NCBI GenBank assembly: GCA_042090785.1
Contig: JBELIP010000004.1
Coordinates: 54,045-118,044 of the forward strand
Source of the DNA: Cellvibrionales bacterium
GTDB taxonomy: Bacteria > Pseudomonadota > Gammaproteobacteria > Pseudomonadales > UBA7434
Length of the DNA: 64,000 nt
Direction of reading: 5' to 3'
Shown: positions 22,953-32,094 of the stretch, one piece after another
Layout: each line of letters starts with the position of its first letter
How positions within the stretch are numbered: position 1 is the first letter of the stretch
The notes under the pieces: generated by a model
Databases searched by the model: none
What the model was told of the DNA's origin: nothing
What the model saw: only the letters and a program-made list of their open reading frames with translations
Made by a program: the position numbers and the translations under genes

Positions 22953-23918
22953 TCAAAAGCTCTTTAATGGCTCATTATTTTCCGCATACTTAGCAAGCAT
23001 GCCACAGATCTCGGCTAACCGACGACGAGTTGCACCACTTAATTTAGCCGCAGCAATAAAGCCATGAGTGCAATCGTCTAAATGAAGGTGCGACACAGGC
23101 ACTTGCGCCTGCTGCAACCTCTCCACCAAGTCCAAACCCTCATCTCTTAGAATATCGTATTCCGCAGTCACAATAATTGTGTCAGGCGCCTTACTCATAT
23201 TTTCCATAAAAGCCAAATTCATGCTGTCTATCTCAGACTGATTAACACTACCTAAATAACATTCGTGAAAAAAGTGCGCGAGCCGCTCGGTTAAAAAAAG
23301 GCCTTTGCCATAACGCTGAAAAGATTCGGACTGGTAACGGAAATCCACTAACGGATATAATAAAAATTGAAAGGCAGGTCTTGCGGTTAACGTTTTATTA
23401 GGAAGACTCGCTGAAAATAATTGCATAGCCAATATGGCAGCAATATTACCGCCGGCACTATCACCGCCAATGCCAATGGCTCCTACCCCTAACTGTAAAC
23501 GTTCGGCATTATCAATAATCCAGTTCCATGCCACGATACTGTCGTCTAACGCAGCCGGATATTGACACTCTGGCGCCAACCTATAATCTACCGCAATAAT
23601 ATTTATTTGCGACTGACAGGCGAGCATGCGACAAAAATTATCATGACTAGCAAAACCACCCATCACATAGCCACCACCATGAAAATACACCATTGATAAC
23701 TTCGCAATACCTTGCGGGCGATAGATTCTAATTGGTATTTCACAGTGACTCGCCGGCACCATAATATCGGCAGTCTGCACATTGGAATATCGGGGGATAC
23801 CAAATAATTTGTCAAACCCATCATATATTCGGCGGATACTTTTAATCGATAGTTTTTCCATACCTGGGCCTAGGCTGGAGAGCTTACAGAGTACGCGCTG
23901 ACCTATAATGAGTTTCAT
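22953..23918 (-). CDS. alpha/beta hydrolase, hormone-sensitive-lipase-like esterase
   Basis: 321 aa with the HGGGYVMG oxyanion motif and the GDSAGG nucleophile elbow. Confidence 0.85.
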   Translation of the reverse strand: MKLIIGQRVLCKLSSLGPGMEKLSIKSIRRIYDGFDKLFGIPRYSNVQTADIMVPASHCEIPIRIYRPQGIAKLSMVYFHGGGYVMGGFASHDNFCRMLACQSQINIIAVDYRLAPECQYPAALDDSIVAWNWIIDNAERLQLGVGAIGIGGDSAGGNIAAILAMQLFSASLPNKTLTARPAFQFLLYPLVDFRYQSESFQRYGKGLFLTERLAHFFHECYLGSVNQSEIDSMNLAFMENMSKAPDTIIVTAEYDILRDEGLDLVERLQQAQVPVSHLHLDDCTHGFIAAAKLSGATRRRLAEICGMLAKYAENNEPLKSF

Positions 23919-24070
23919 GTTGATGCGCCCATTTTTAATTTTCTTTGTTTGAACATTAAAATATCTCTGATCAATTACAGAGGAAGGATAGGACTATTGA
24001 GTTTAAAGCCATAATCACAGCCGCCCACGACTATCTTTTGACTTAACTGACGGTGAATGTAAACGCCCTC

Positions 24071-25567
24071 CTATTCTCCTATTAACCCCTTAACCGCCTG
24101 CTGCCATCCCGCATAAAGTTTTTCCGCCTCGCCCTCGCTCATCACCGGCATATAATCCTGCCGCTTCTGCCAAACATCGGCAATATCCTCAGTCCCTACA
24201 AACACACCCGCACCTACCCCAGCCAAACTCGCTGCACCCCAAGCCGTTGCTTCGGTTACTGCTGGTACTTCAATTTGCAACTGCAAAATATCTGCTAAAA
24301 ACTGGCAAACAAATTGATTCACTACTAAACCACCATCGGCGCGTATCACCGCCGGTGATGCATCAATGTCCGCCTTCATGGCAGTCACCAAATCTCGTGT
24401 CTGATACGCTTGCGCCTCTAATGCCGCACGCGCAATATGGGCCGAAGTAGAATCACGCCCTAAACCCATAATGGCACCACGAACATCAGGTCGCCAATAC
24501 GGCGCCCCCAAACCTGTTAATGCCGGCACAAAATAAACACCGTCATTACCATCCAAACTTTTGGCCATCCCTTCACTTTTACTGGCATGATCAAACAGGG
24601 CTAAACCATCACGCAACCATTGAATCGCCGCCCCCGCAATAAAAATAGAACCTTCTAAGGCATAGGTGATTTTGCCATTTAACTGATAAGCAATCGTCGT
24701 GACTAAACGCTGTGTTGATGTCACTGGCTCAGAACCTAGATTCATTAACATAAAACAACCGGTACCATAGGTCGACTTAATCATGCCGGTATCAAAACAA
24801 GCCTGCCCTACTAGCGCCGCTTGCTGGTCACCAATCATTGCACAAATAGGTAACTCTGCTCCTAATAAGGACTTAGCCACCACACCAAAATCAGAAACGT
24901 TATCACGCACCTCTGGTAACATGCTGCGCGGAATATTAAATAAAGCCAGCAGTTCATCGTCCCACTGCCCAGTGGCGATATTCAGTAACAAAGTACGCGA
25001 CGCATTCGTCGCATCGGTAGCATGTACTCTGCCTTCGGTCAGCCGCCATAATAAAAAAGTGTCGATGGTGCCAAACAATAACTGCCCAGCTTCTGCTTTT
25101 TTACGTACACCTTTAACATTATCGAGTATCCACGCTATTTTTGTCGCCGAAAAATAAGGATCGAGCAACAAGCCTGTTTTAGCCGATACCGTTACCGCTT
25201 GGCCTTGTGCTATTAACTCATCACATACCGCCGCCGTTCGCCGATCTTGCCAAACAATGGCGTTATAGACGGGCTCACCGCTTTGCTTATCCCAAACCAC
25301 CGTTGTCTCTCGCTGATTGGTTATGCCAATCGCAACCGTGTCGCTTATGGCTGATGGGCTTGTCTGCAATACCTCACGACACACTTGTAAAGTGTCTTGC
25401 CATAGAGCTTCGGGATCTTGCTCTACCCAACCCGACTGCGGATAACTCAATGTTAGCTCTTGCTGACAAACCGACTTAATCTCACCCTGCGGAGTAAATA
25501 AAATAGCACGCGAGCTAGTAGTGCCTTGGTCAATGGCTAAGAGCAAAGGGGAATCTGACTGGGCCAT
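24071..25567 (-). CDS. glpK: glycerol kinase
   Basis: The FGGY kinase N-terminus LLAIDQGTTSSRAILF follows ATG 25567, which is preceded by AGGAAGG. The 63-codon upstream extension in the track ORF looks non-coding. Confidence 0.92.
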   Translation of the reverse strand: MAQSDSPLLLAIDQGTTSSRAILFTPQGEIKSVCQQELTLSYPQSGWVEQDPEALWQDTLQVCREVLQTSPSAISDTVAIGITNQRETTVVWDKQSGEPVYNAIVWQDRRTAAVCDELIAQGQAVTVSAKTGLLLDPYFSATKIAWILDNVKGVRKKAEAGQLLFGTIDTFLLWRLTEGRVHATDATNASRTLLLNIATGQWDDELLALFNIPRSMLPEVRDNVSDFGVVAKSLLGAELPICAMIGDQQAALVGQACFDTGMIKSTYGTGCFMLMNLGSEPVTSTQRLVTTIAYQLNGKITYALEGSIFIAGAAIQWLRDGLALFDHASKSEGMAKSLDGNDGVYFVPALTGLGAPYWRPDVRGAIMGLGRDSTSAHIARAALEAQAYQTRDLVTAMKADIDASPAVIRADGGLVVNQFVCQFLADILQLQIEVPAVTEATAWGAASLAGVGAGVFVGTEDIADVWQKRQDYMPVMSEGEAEKLYAGWQQAVKGLIGE

Positions 25568-25933
25568 ACATACCTTCCTATTTATCATGAGTATAAATAT
25601 CTTGAAGCGTTTACCAACATGCACTGCATCTTTATTATTGTAGGCATTTTTTGTTGGGGAAGTGAGTGAGTTATTTTCGCTTACTAGCCGTTCAAAAATA
25701 CTGTCAACAAAGCAAGCCTGGTTATAGATTAACCATGCTTTAGATGTTTGCACCAAACAGCAAAAAAGTTGCCTATTAAATCAACAAAAAAACATTTTAT
25801 TGCGTTGGTTTAAATAAGAATAAAAAAAAATATTTTAATTCGAAAATAGTTTTAAGCGAGTTTTCTTACCGTTTTTTTAGCCCTTCACTTTAGCCATCTT
25901 TCCCTTAGCGTTAGTAGCCGCAAACAATATAAG

Positions 25934-25953
25934 TTATCCACAGCTAATTCACA
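25934..25953 (+). promoter_or_regulatory. two adjacent DnaA-box-like 9-mers upstream of nrdA
   Basis: TTATCCACA (25934..25942) is a perfect TTATNCACA match. After a 2-nt gap comes TAATTCACA, with one mismatch. E. coli nrdAB is known to carry DnaA boxes upstream of its promoter. Confidence 0.5.
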
Positions 25954-25994
25954 GTAAAAGCTATGAGTTTTGCTATTGCATAATTGCCTCGACC

Positions 25995-26040
25995 GCACTA
26001 TCTTGTATCTCCGTTGGCCAACAACCCCAAGATGTAGGGG
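25995..26040 (+). promoter_or_regulatory. candidate tandem NrdR boxes
   Basis: CCCCAAGATGTAGGGG (26025..26040) fits the palindromic core C-w-A-n-A-T-n-T-w-G of NrdR boxes. A weaker half-match, GCACTATCTTGTATCT (25995..26010), lies 30 bp upstream centre to centre. The second element could equally be a plain hairpin followed by T residues. Confidence 0.35.
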
Positions 26041-26341
26041 TTTTTGAGGATTTTAGTAAAAAAGTAGATGCCAAAGCGGCGCTACCTAAAGTAAAGCGGC
26101 CAAAAATGAACAAGCGAATGTACAAAAAGCATTCAAAGCACCAACTTAGGACCAATTTAGCACCACGATCGCCGATTTTGTTTGCTTTTTAGTCGCTTAA
26201 TAGGAAGCAAAAAATAAACAATTTAAAAAAAGAAATACACAGGCTTGTCAATATTTTGACTAGCTTAACAACACACAAAGCACCGGACACACACTAACAC
26301 CAATAAGAAATACGTTTTAAACATCAGACTGAGGAGTCAAC

Positions 26342-29227
26342 ATGCAACAAACTGAGGCCAATACTTCGAGCCCAGCTCAAACTCAAAGCAGCCCAACTGC
26401 TTCCGGTTCACTTAATTCAGACACCATTGATATGACAGCAACGGCACCCGGCCAAATACGCGTTATTAAACGTAATGGAACGGTAGTGACTTATGATGTC
26501 AGCAAAATCAGTGTTGCTATTACTAAAGCATTTTTAGCCGTAGAAGGCGGAACTGCTGCTGCATCAAACCGTATTCATGAAACAGTTACCCAATTAACCG
26601 AACAGATTACCGCGATCTTTAAACGTCGCATGCCTTCTGGCGGTACTATTCATATTGAAGATATTCAGGATCAGGTAGAATTAGCCCTGATGCGCAGTGG
26701 CGACCAAAAAGTAGCTCGCGACTATGTACTTTACCGCGAAAAGCGCTCACAACTTCGCGCTGAAAAGCTACAGGCAGAAGCCTTACCCGAAACCAATATT
26801 AATGTTGTACTCGATGATGGCACAAAACAGCCTCTTGATTTACAACGTCTTCACACCATTGTGAACGAAGCTTGCCAAGATCTTGAAAGCGTTAGCGCTA
26901 CCGAAATCCTCGACGAAGCACTTAAAAACCTTTATGACGGCGTATCACATACTGAAGTGAACACTTCATTGGTTATGACCGCTCGTACTATGGTCGAACG
27001 TGACCCGAACTACAGCTACGTCACTGCGCGTCTATTAATGGACACCATTCGCAGCGAAGCACTTAAATTTTTAGGCGTTGCCTCCTCAGCAACACAGTCA
27101 GAAATGCAGGCGCTTTATGGCAGTGCACTATCGCAATACATTGTTAAAGGTATTGAGTTCGAATTACTTTCACCCGAACTAGCGAGCTTCGACCTAGAAC
27201 GTCTTGGTAAAGCCCTAAATGCTAACCGTGATTTACAGTTTACTTACTTAGGCCTGCAAACACTTTATGACCGCTACTTTATTCATAAAGACGAAATTCG
27301 TTTTGAATTACCACAAGTCTTCTTTATGCGTGTTGCCATGGGTCTTGCTGCACAAGAAGACGATAAAAACAGTCGCGCTATCGAGTTTTATAACTTGCTT
27401 TCGTCGTTCGACTACATGAGCTCTACACCGACATTATTTAATGCCGGCACACTGCGTCCACAGTTATCTTCATGCTACCTCACCACTGTGCCTGATAACT
27501 TAGACGGCATTTATAACGCTATTCATGATAACGCCATGTTGTCTAAATGGGCTGGCGGCTTAGGCAATGACTGGACACCGGTTCGCGCATTAGGTGCTTA
27601 CATTAAAGGAACTAACGGCAAATCTCAGGGTGTTGTGCCATTCTTAAAAGTGGTTAACGACACGGCAGTTGCGGTTAACCAAGGCGGCAAGCGTAAAGGT
27701 GCTGTTTGTGCCTACTTAGAAAGCTGGCATCTCGATATGGAAGAATTCCTTGAGCTGCGTAAAAACACCGGTGATGATCGTCGTCGTACTCACGATATGA
27801 ATACCGCTAACTGGGTGCCTGATTTATTTATGAAGCGCGTCTTCCAGGATCAAGAGTGGACGTTATTTACACCTAACGACACACCTGACTTGCATGACCT
27901 GTACGGCACAGCATTTGAAAACCGTTATAACGAATACGAAAAAATGGCTGACGAAGGAAAAATCAGCGTATTCAAACGTGTTAAAGCACAAGACTTATGG
28001 CGCAAAATGTTAGGCATGCTGTTCGAAACAGGACACCCATGGGTAACGTTTAAAGATCCTTGTAACTTACGTTCGCCACAGCAACACGCTGGTGTGGTTC
28101 ACTCTTCGAACCTTTGTACTGAAATTACACTAAACACTAGCGAAGAAGAAATTGCTGTTTGTAACTTAGGTTCTATTAACTTGCCACAGCATATTGGCGA
28201 AAACGGCCTTGATATTGAGAAGCTGAAAAAGACCGTTGATACTGCTGTACGCATGCTTGATAACGTCATTGATATTAACTACTACTCAGTACCACAGGCG
28301 CGGACATCTAACTTACGTCATCGTCCAGTTGGCATGGGCATTATGGGTTTCCAAGATGCGCTTTATAAGCAGCACTTTGCTTATGGTTCTGATGCCGCAG
28401 TTGAATTTGCTGACCGCTCAATGGAAGCCGTAAGTTACTTTGCTATTCAAGCTTCATCGCAATTAGCCGCCGAACGTGGCAGCTACTCAAGTTTTGACGG
28501 ATCATTATGGAGCCAAGGCATACTACCCATTGACTCTCTTAAAATCTTAGAAGAGCAACGTGGTGCGGACTTTATTGAAGTTGACCACAGCCAAACATTA
28601 GATTGGGATGGCTTGCGCCAAACGGTTAAAAAGCAAGGCATGCGTAACTCTAACGTTATGGCTATTGCGCCAACGGCAACCATTGCCAATATCACGGGTG
28701 TATCTCAATCTATTGAGCCGACTTACCAAAACTTGTATGTTAAATCTAACTTGTCAGGTGAGTTTACGGTTATTAACCCCTACTTAGTGAGAGACTTAAA
28801 AGCGCGTAACCTTTGGGATAGCGTCATGGTCAACGACTTAAAACACTATGAAGGCAGCGTGCAGCAAATTGCTCGCATCCCAGATGACTTAAAAGAAATT
28901 TACGCAACCGCATTTGAAGTTGAGCCACGCTGGATTGTTGATGCTGCAAGTCGTCGCCAAAAGTGGATTGACCAAGCACAGTCATTAAACTTATACATTA
29001 ACAATGCTAACGGCAAAAAACTCGACATAACTTATCGTATGGCTTGGTTCCGTGGTCTTAAAACCACTTACTACCTCCGCTCATTAGCTGCGACAGGTAC
29101 AGAAAAATCAACCATCGAATCAGACAAGTTGAATGCTGTTTCATCAGCCAGCGATATGCCTGCTCAAGCAGCACCTGTGCCTCAGGCTTGCTCGTTGGAT
29201 GATCCAGATTGCGAAGCTTGTCAGTAA
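26342..29227 (+). CDS. nrdA: class Ia ribonucleotide reductase alpha subunit (long, Pseudomonas-type N-terminus)
   Basis: 961 aa with ATP-cone region(s), the catalytic NLCTEI motif, and a C-terminal redox tail ...DPDCEACQ. Confidence 0.95.
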   Translation: MQQTEANTSSPAQTQSSPTASGSLNSDTIDMTATAPGQIRVIKRNGTVVTYDVSKISVAITKAFLAVEGGTAAASNRIHETVTQLTEQITAIFKRRMPSGGTIHIEDIQDQVELALMRSGDQKVARDYVLYREKRSQLRAEKLQAEALPETNINVVLDDGTKQPLDLQRLHTIVNEACQDLESVSATEILDEALKNLYDGVSHTEVNTSLVMTARTMVERDPNYSYVTARLLMDTIRSEALKFLGVASSATQSEMQALYGSALSQYIVKGIEFELLSPELASFDLERLGKALNANRDLQFTYLGLQTLYDRYFIHKDEIRFELPQVFFMRVAMGLAAQEDDKNSRAIEFYNLLSSFDYMSSTPTLFNAGTLRPQLSSCYLTTVPDNLDGIYNAIHDNAMLSKWAGGLGNDWTPVRALGAYIKGTNGKSQGVVPFLKVVNDTAVAVNQGGKRKGAVCAYLESWHLDMEEFLELRKNTGDDRRRTHDMNTANWVPDLFMKRVFQDQEWTLFTPNDTPDLHDLYGTAFENRYNEYEKMADEGKISVFKRVKAQDLWRKMLGMLFETGHPWVTFKDPCNLRSPQQHAGVVHSSNLCTEITLNTSEEEIAVCNLGSINLPQHIGENGLDIEKLKKTVDTAVRMLDNVIDINYYSVPQARTSNLRHRPVGMGIMGFQDALYKQHFAYGSDAAVEFADRSMEAVSYFAIQASSQLAAERGSYSSFDGSLWSQGILPIDSLKILEEQRGADFIEVDHSQTLDWDGLRQTVKKQGMRNSNVMAIAPTATIANITGVSQSIEPTYQNLYVKSNLSGEFTVINPYLVRDLKARNLWDSVMVNDLKHYEGSVQQIARIPDDLKEIYATAFEVEPRWIVDAASRRQKWIDQAQSLNLYINNANGKKLDITYRMAWFRGLKTTYYLRSLAATGTEKSTIESDKLNAVSSASDMPAQAAPVPQACSLDDPDCEACQ

Positions 29228-29280
29228 TAAAGAGCGAAGCTTGTCAGTTAAAAAGAGCCAAGTATGTCAGTTAAAAAGAC
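29212..29280 (+). repeat. 3 x 23-nt tandem repeat spanning the nrdA stop codon
   Basis: The three units are CGAAGCTTGTCAGTAATAAAGAG, CGAAGCTTGTCAGTTAAAAAGAG and CCAAGTATGTCAGTTAAAAAGAC. The first unit encodes the EACQ-stop tail of NrdA. Confidence 0.85.
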
Positions 29281-29371
29281 ACGCTTATTAGTGAACTAAC
29301 AGACTAAAAAAAACGTAAATAGAATTTTAAATATTAATTTATAAAATACTAATCGATAAAGAGGAAAACCA

Positions 29372-30703
29372 ATGATCAGTTGGGATGAATACCAAGAAGA
29401 AGGCGCAGTTGCAGAAGCAACACCAGCACCGGTTGTAGAAGCTGCACAAACAGCGCTTCAAGAAACGGCAGCAGAAGTGCAAGCAGCGCCATTAGAGCCA
29501 GCAATCGAAGCATTGGTTAACGCCGCCGCCGAAACTGCAGCACCCGTTAATGACACACTTGATCGCACTGCCTTTGAAAACAAGACAGACGAAAACCCTG
29601 CCATTGCAGAAAACATTGCTAACGCTGCTAATGTTATTGCCAATATGGATGTATCTGCCGGACTCGAAGAGCTCGAAACAAGCGGACAGCGTATTCAAGT
29701 TGACCAAAAGCGCATGATTAATTGCCGCGCCGATTTAAACCAGCTTGTGCCCTTTAAATATGACTGGGCTTGGCAGAAATACTTGGATGGCTGTGCCAAC
29801 CATTGGATGCCGCAAGAAGTTAATATGAATGCGGATATCTCTTTGTGGAAAAGCGAAGATGGCCTAAGCGAAGACGAGCGTTTAATTGTTATGCGCTCAC
29901 TGGGTTACTTCTCGACCGCTGATTCATTAGTGGCTAACAACTTAGCTCTAGCGATTTATCGTTTAATTACTAACCCAGAATGTCGTCAGTATATTTTGCG
30001 TCAAGCGTTTGAAGAAGCCATTCACACCCACGCTTACCAATACTGTATTGAATCGTTAGGCATGGACGAAGGTGAAGTCTTTAACATGTATCGCGAAGTG
30101 CCATCAGTGGCTAAAAAAGCGTCTTGGAGCTTAAGCAAAACGCATTCACTCTGTGACCCCTCATTCACCACCGGCACACCAGAAACCGACCAAGAGTTAC
30201 TGCGTAACTTAGTTGGCTTCTACGCCGTTACAGAAGGTATTTTCTTCTACTGTGGTTTTACCCAAATCTTGTCTATGGGTCGCCGTAATAAAATGACCGG
30301 GGTTGCTGAGCAATTCCAGTACATCTTACGTGATGAATCAATGCACCTTAACTTTGGTATTGATGTTATCAACCAAATTAAGCTAGAAAACCCGCATTTG
30401 TGGTCAGAAGAGTTCCAAGAAGAAGTCATTCAAATGATTTTAGAAGGTACGCAAATTGAAATTGAATACGCGCGTGACACTATGCCTCGCGGCGTACTAG
30501 GCATGAATGCCAAAATGATGGAAGGCTACTTGCAATTTATTGCTAACCGTCGCCTTGCTCAACTCGGCTTACCTGAGCAGTATCCAGGTGCGCAGAACCC
30601 GTTCCCGTGGATGTCAGAGATCATGGACTTGCGCAAAGAGAAAAACTTCTTTGAAACGCGCGTTATTGAATATCAAACAGGTGGTGCATTAACTTGGGAT
30701 TAG
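29372..30703 (+). CDS. nrdB: class Ia ribonucleotide reductase beta subunit (with long acidic/Ala-rich N-terminal extension)
   Basis: 443 aa. [10 protein letters not shown]...[40 protein letters not shown] resembles pseudomonad NrdB. Di-iron ligand regions are present ([15 protein letters not shown]). Confidence 0.94.
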   Translation: MISWDEYQEEGAVAEATPAPVVEAAQTALQETAAEVQAAPLEPAIEALVNAAAETAAPVNDTLDRTAFENKTDENPAIAENIANAANVIANMDVSAGLEELETSGQRIQVDQKRMINCRADLNQLVPFKYDWAWQKYLDGCANHWMPQEVNMNADISLWKSEDGLSEDERLIVMRSLGYFSTADSLVANNLALAIYRLITNPECRQYILRQAFEEAIHTHAYQYCIESLGMDEGEVFNMYREVPSVAKKASWSLSKTHSLCDPSFTTGTPETDQELLRNLVGFYAVTEGIFFYCGFTQILSMGRRNKMTGVAEQFQYILRDESMHLNFGIDVINQIKLENPHLWSEEFQEEVIQMILEGTQIEIEYARDTMPRGVLGMNAKMMEGYLQFIANRRLAQLGLPEQYPGAQNPFPWMSEIMDLRKEKNFFETRVIEYQTGGALTWD

Positions 30704-30726
30704 TTCTTTGATTCCAACACTGTGTT

Positions 30727-30766
30727 CGCACAAAAAAGGACAGCCGAGGCTGTCCTTTTTTGTGCG
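30727..30766. terminator. bidirectional terminator (18-bp perfect inverted repeat) between nrdB and the convergent lipoprotein gene
   Basis: GCACAAAAAAGGACAGCC (30728..30745) and GGCTGTCCTTTTTTGTGC (30748..30765). Confidence 0.85.
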
Positions 30767-30780
30767 CAATGAAAATAGAC

Positions 30781-31338
30781 TTAATTAGAGAATTTAAGAC
30801 CAATGGATCGCGACACACTTTGGCCACCATCCATAGTATGTCTTAAACCAGCAGTATCCATATACCAATCATTAGCCACTTTGCGAACGTTAACGCGCAA
30901 ATGCATTGTCTCATCACGAGAGTAACCAAATGCCGACTGATAAAGAAAAGGCCCCTTACAGCTAACTAAAATACGTTTAGGTGATTCTTTTATAATGGCT
31001 ATTTCATCACAGCTACCGGCTTTAAGCGCCCTAAAGGAAGCCGTATAAACCAACTTATGCCAGCCCTGCGTTGCAGCTATTCTTTTTTGTCCCGCCGCTG
31101 AGTAAAAGGCTTTTATTTCATCATCAAACTTGCTGTCGCTGGTAATGGCTTTTTGAAAATCCAAAAAAACCTTCATACCGGGATGATCCGCATCTTCTGG
31201 CTTAACAAAGCGATCATCTACTGTGGCGCAGGAATATAAAAATAAAACAGACAACACTACAGCACAATTTTTTATCATGGCTTTTTTTATCATAACCTTT
31301 TTTATCATAACCTTTTTTATCATAACCTTTTTTATCAT
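30781..31338 (-). CDS. hypothetical lipoprotein with a repeat-encoded variable N-terminus
   Basis: The ORF is open to TTG 31353. In-frame ATGs lie at 31338, 31323, 31308, 31293 and 31278, one per 15-nt repeat. The last gives MIKNCAVVLSVLFLYSC (lipobox). The mature part has no recognisable domain. Confidence 0.6.
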   Translation of the reverse strand: MIKKVMIKKVMIKKVMIKKAMIKNCAVVLSVLFLYSCATVDDRFVKPEDADHPGMKVFLDFQKAITSDSKFDDEIKAFYSAAGQKRIAATQGWHKLVYTASFRALKAGSCDEIAIIKESPKRILVSCKGPFLYQSAFGYSRDETMHLRVNVRKVANDWYMDTAGLRHTMDGGQSVSRSIGLKFSN

Positions 31339-31348
31339 AACCTCTTTA
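31274..31348 (-). repeat. 5 x 15-nt in-frame tandem repeat (sense unit AAAAAAGGTTATGAT, encoding KKVMI)
   Basis: Read directly. The units are at 31274..31288, 31289..31303, 31304..31318, 31319..31333 and 31334..31348. The three middle units are identical. Confidence 0.9.
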
Positions 31349-31376
31349 TCCAAATATTAATAGGATATTAACATCA

Positions 31377-32081
31377 TTAACTTCTGTTAGGCGCAAACTT
31401 TAACGAATCCGGAAAGCCCACCCTGTCACTACCAACCACTGCCGACCAACTAACAATTGCATATTTAACCCCCTTCTTAATAGGTAAGGATTCATGCACA
31501 TAGCGATGGGTAGACGGGAAGAACACCAAATCACCTGCAACTGGCTGATAGGTATAATTCAAATGATTAAAATGCAGACCGCCGCCTTTATATTTATCGT
31601 TAAGATAAATCAATAAACTGACATCACGGTCAAAAGATTTTACCCATTGATTAGATTGCGGGTCGAGAACCTCACTATCGGCATGGCTTTTATATAAACC
31701 ACCGGGTTGATAACGCAATAACTGTGGCGCTTCAAAAAATTCAATTTGCTGATGAATAACGGGCTCAATACATTGCACAATAGCGCGATTCATCCAACTG
31801 ACAACTAAATCCTTATGCTCCAACATATCGACAGACTGGGTCACTCGGTCAGGATCTCTTTTTTGTACAACTTGACCCTGCTCCTGTGAGCGCTCTTCAT
31901 CTTTTAAGGTAAGCCATACACGCTGTTGCTGCTCAGCTAAGCGAATCATTTTTTTACATTCAGACTTAGAAAACACACCTGAATAAATATGCACACCCAC
32001 AGGAGCTGTCCGATTGGGTGAAGGGTTGCCACAACAATCAGTGAATTTTTTTCCACTTAGGCAATAACATAATATACTCAA
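31377..32081 (-). CDS. SEC-C-motif protein fused to a prolyl-4-hydroxylase-like 2OG-Fe(II) oxygenase
   Basis: The N-terminal CYCLSGKKFTDCCG is a SEC-C zinc motif. The C-terminal HADSE...H(ESLPIKKGVKYAIVSW) shows the 2OG oxygenase pattern of an HxD..H triad plus a basic residue. The apparent start is TTG. Confidence 0.75.
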   Translation of the reverse strand: MSILCYCLSGKKFTDCCGNPSPNRTAPVGVHIYSGVFSKSECKKMIRLAEQQQRVWLTLKDEERSQEQGQVVQKRDPDRVTQSVDMLEHKDLVVSWMNRAIVQCIEPVIHQQIEFFEAPQLLRYQPGGLYKSHADSEVLDPQSNQWVKSFDRDVSLLIYLNDKYKGGGLHFNHLNYTYQPVAGDLVFFPSTHRYVHESLPIKKGVKYAIVSWSAVVGSDRVGFPDSLKFAPNRS

Positions 32082-32094
32082 AAGACGTTAATCC

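Noticed and set aside
25568-25756. The N-terminal 63-codon extension of the glpK ORF (the track start is at 25756).
   Set aside because: The conserved FGGY N-terminus begins right after ATG 25567, which has a strong AGGAAGG SD. The extension has no similarity to glycerol kinases and looks like translated promoter region.
25973-26155. A 60-aa minus-strand ORF in the nrdA upstream region.
   Set aside because: It overlaps the putative DnaA/NrdR regulatory elements and has no SD and no recognisable features. It is most likely a chance ORF in a long leader.
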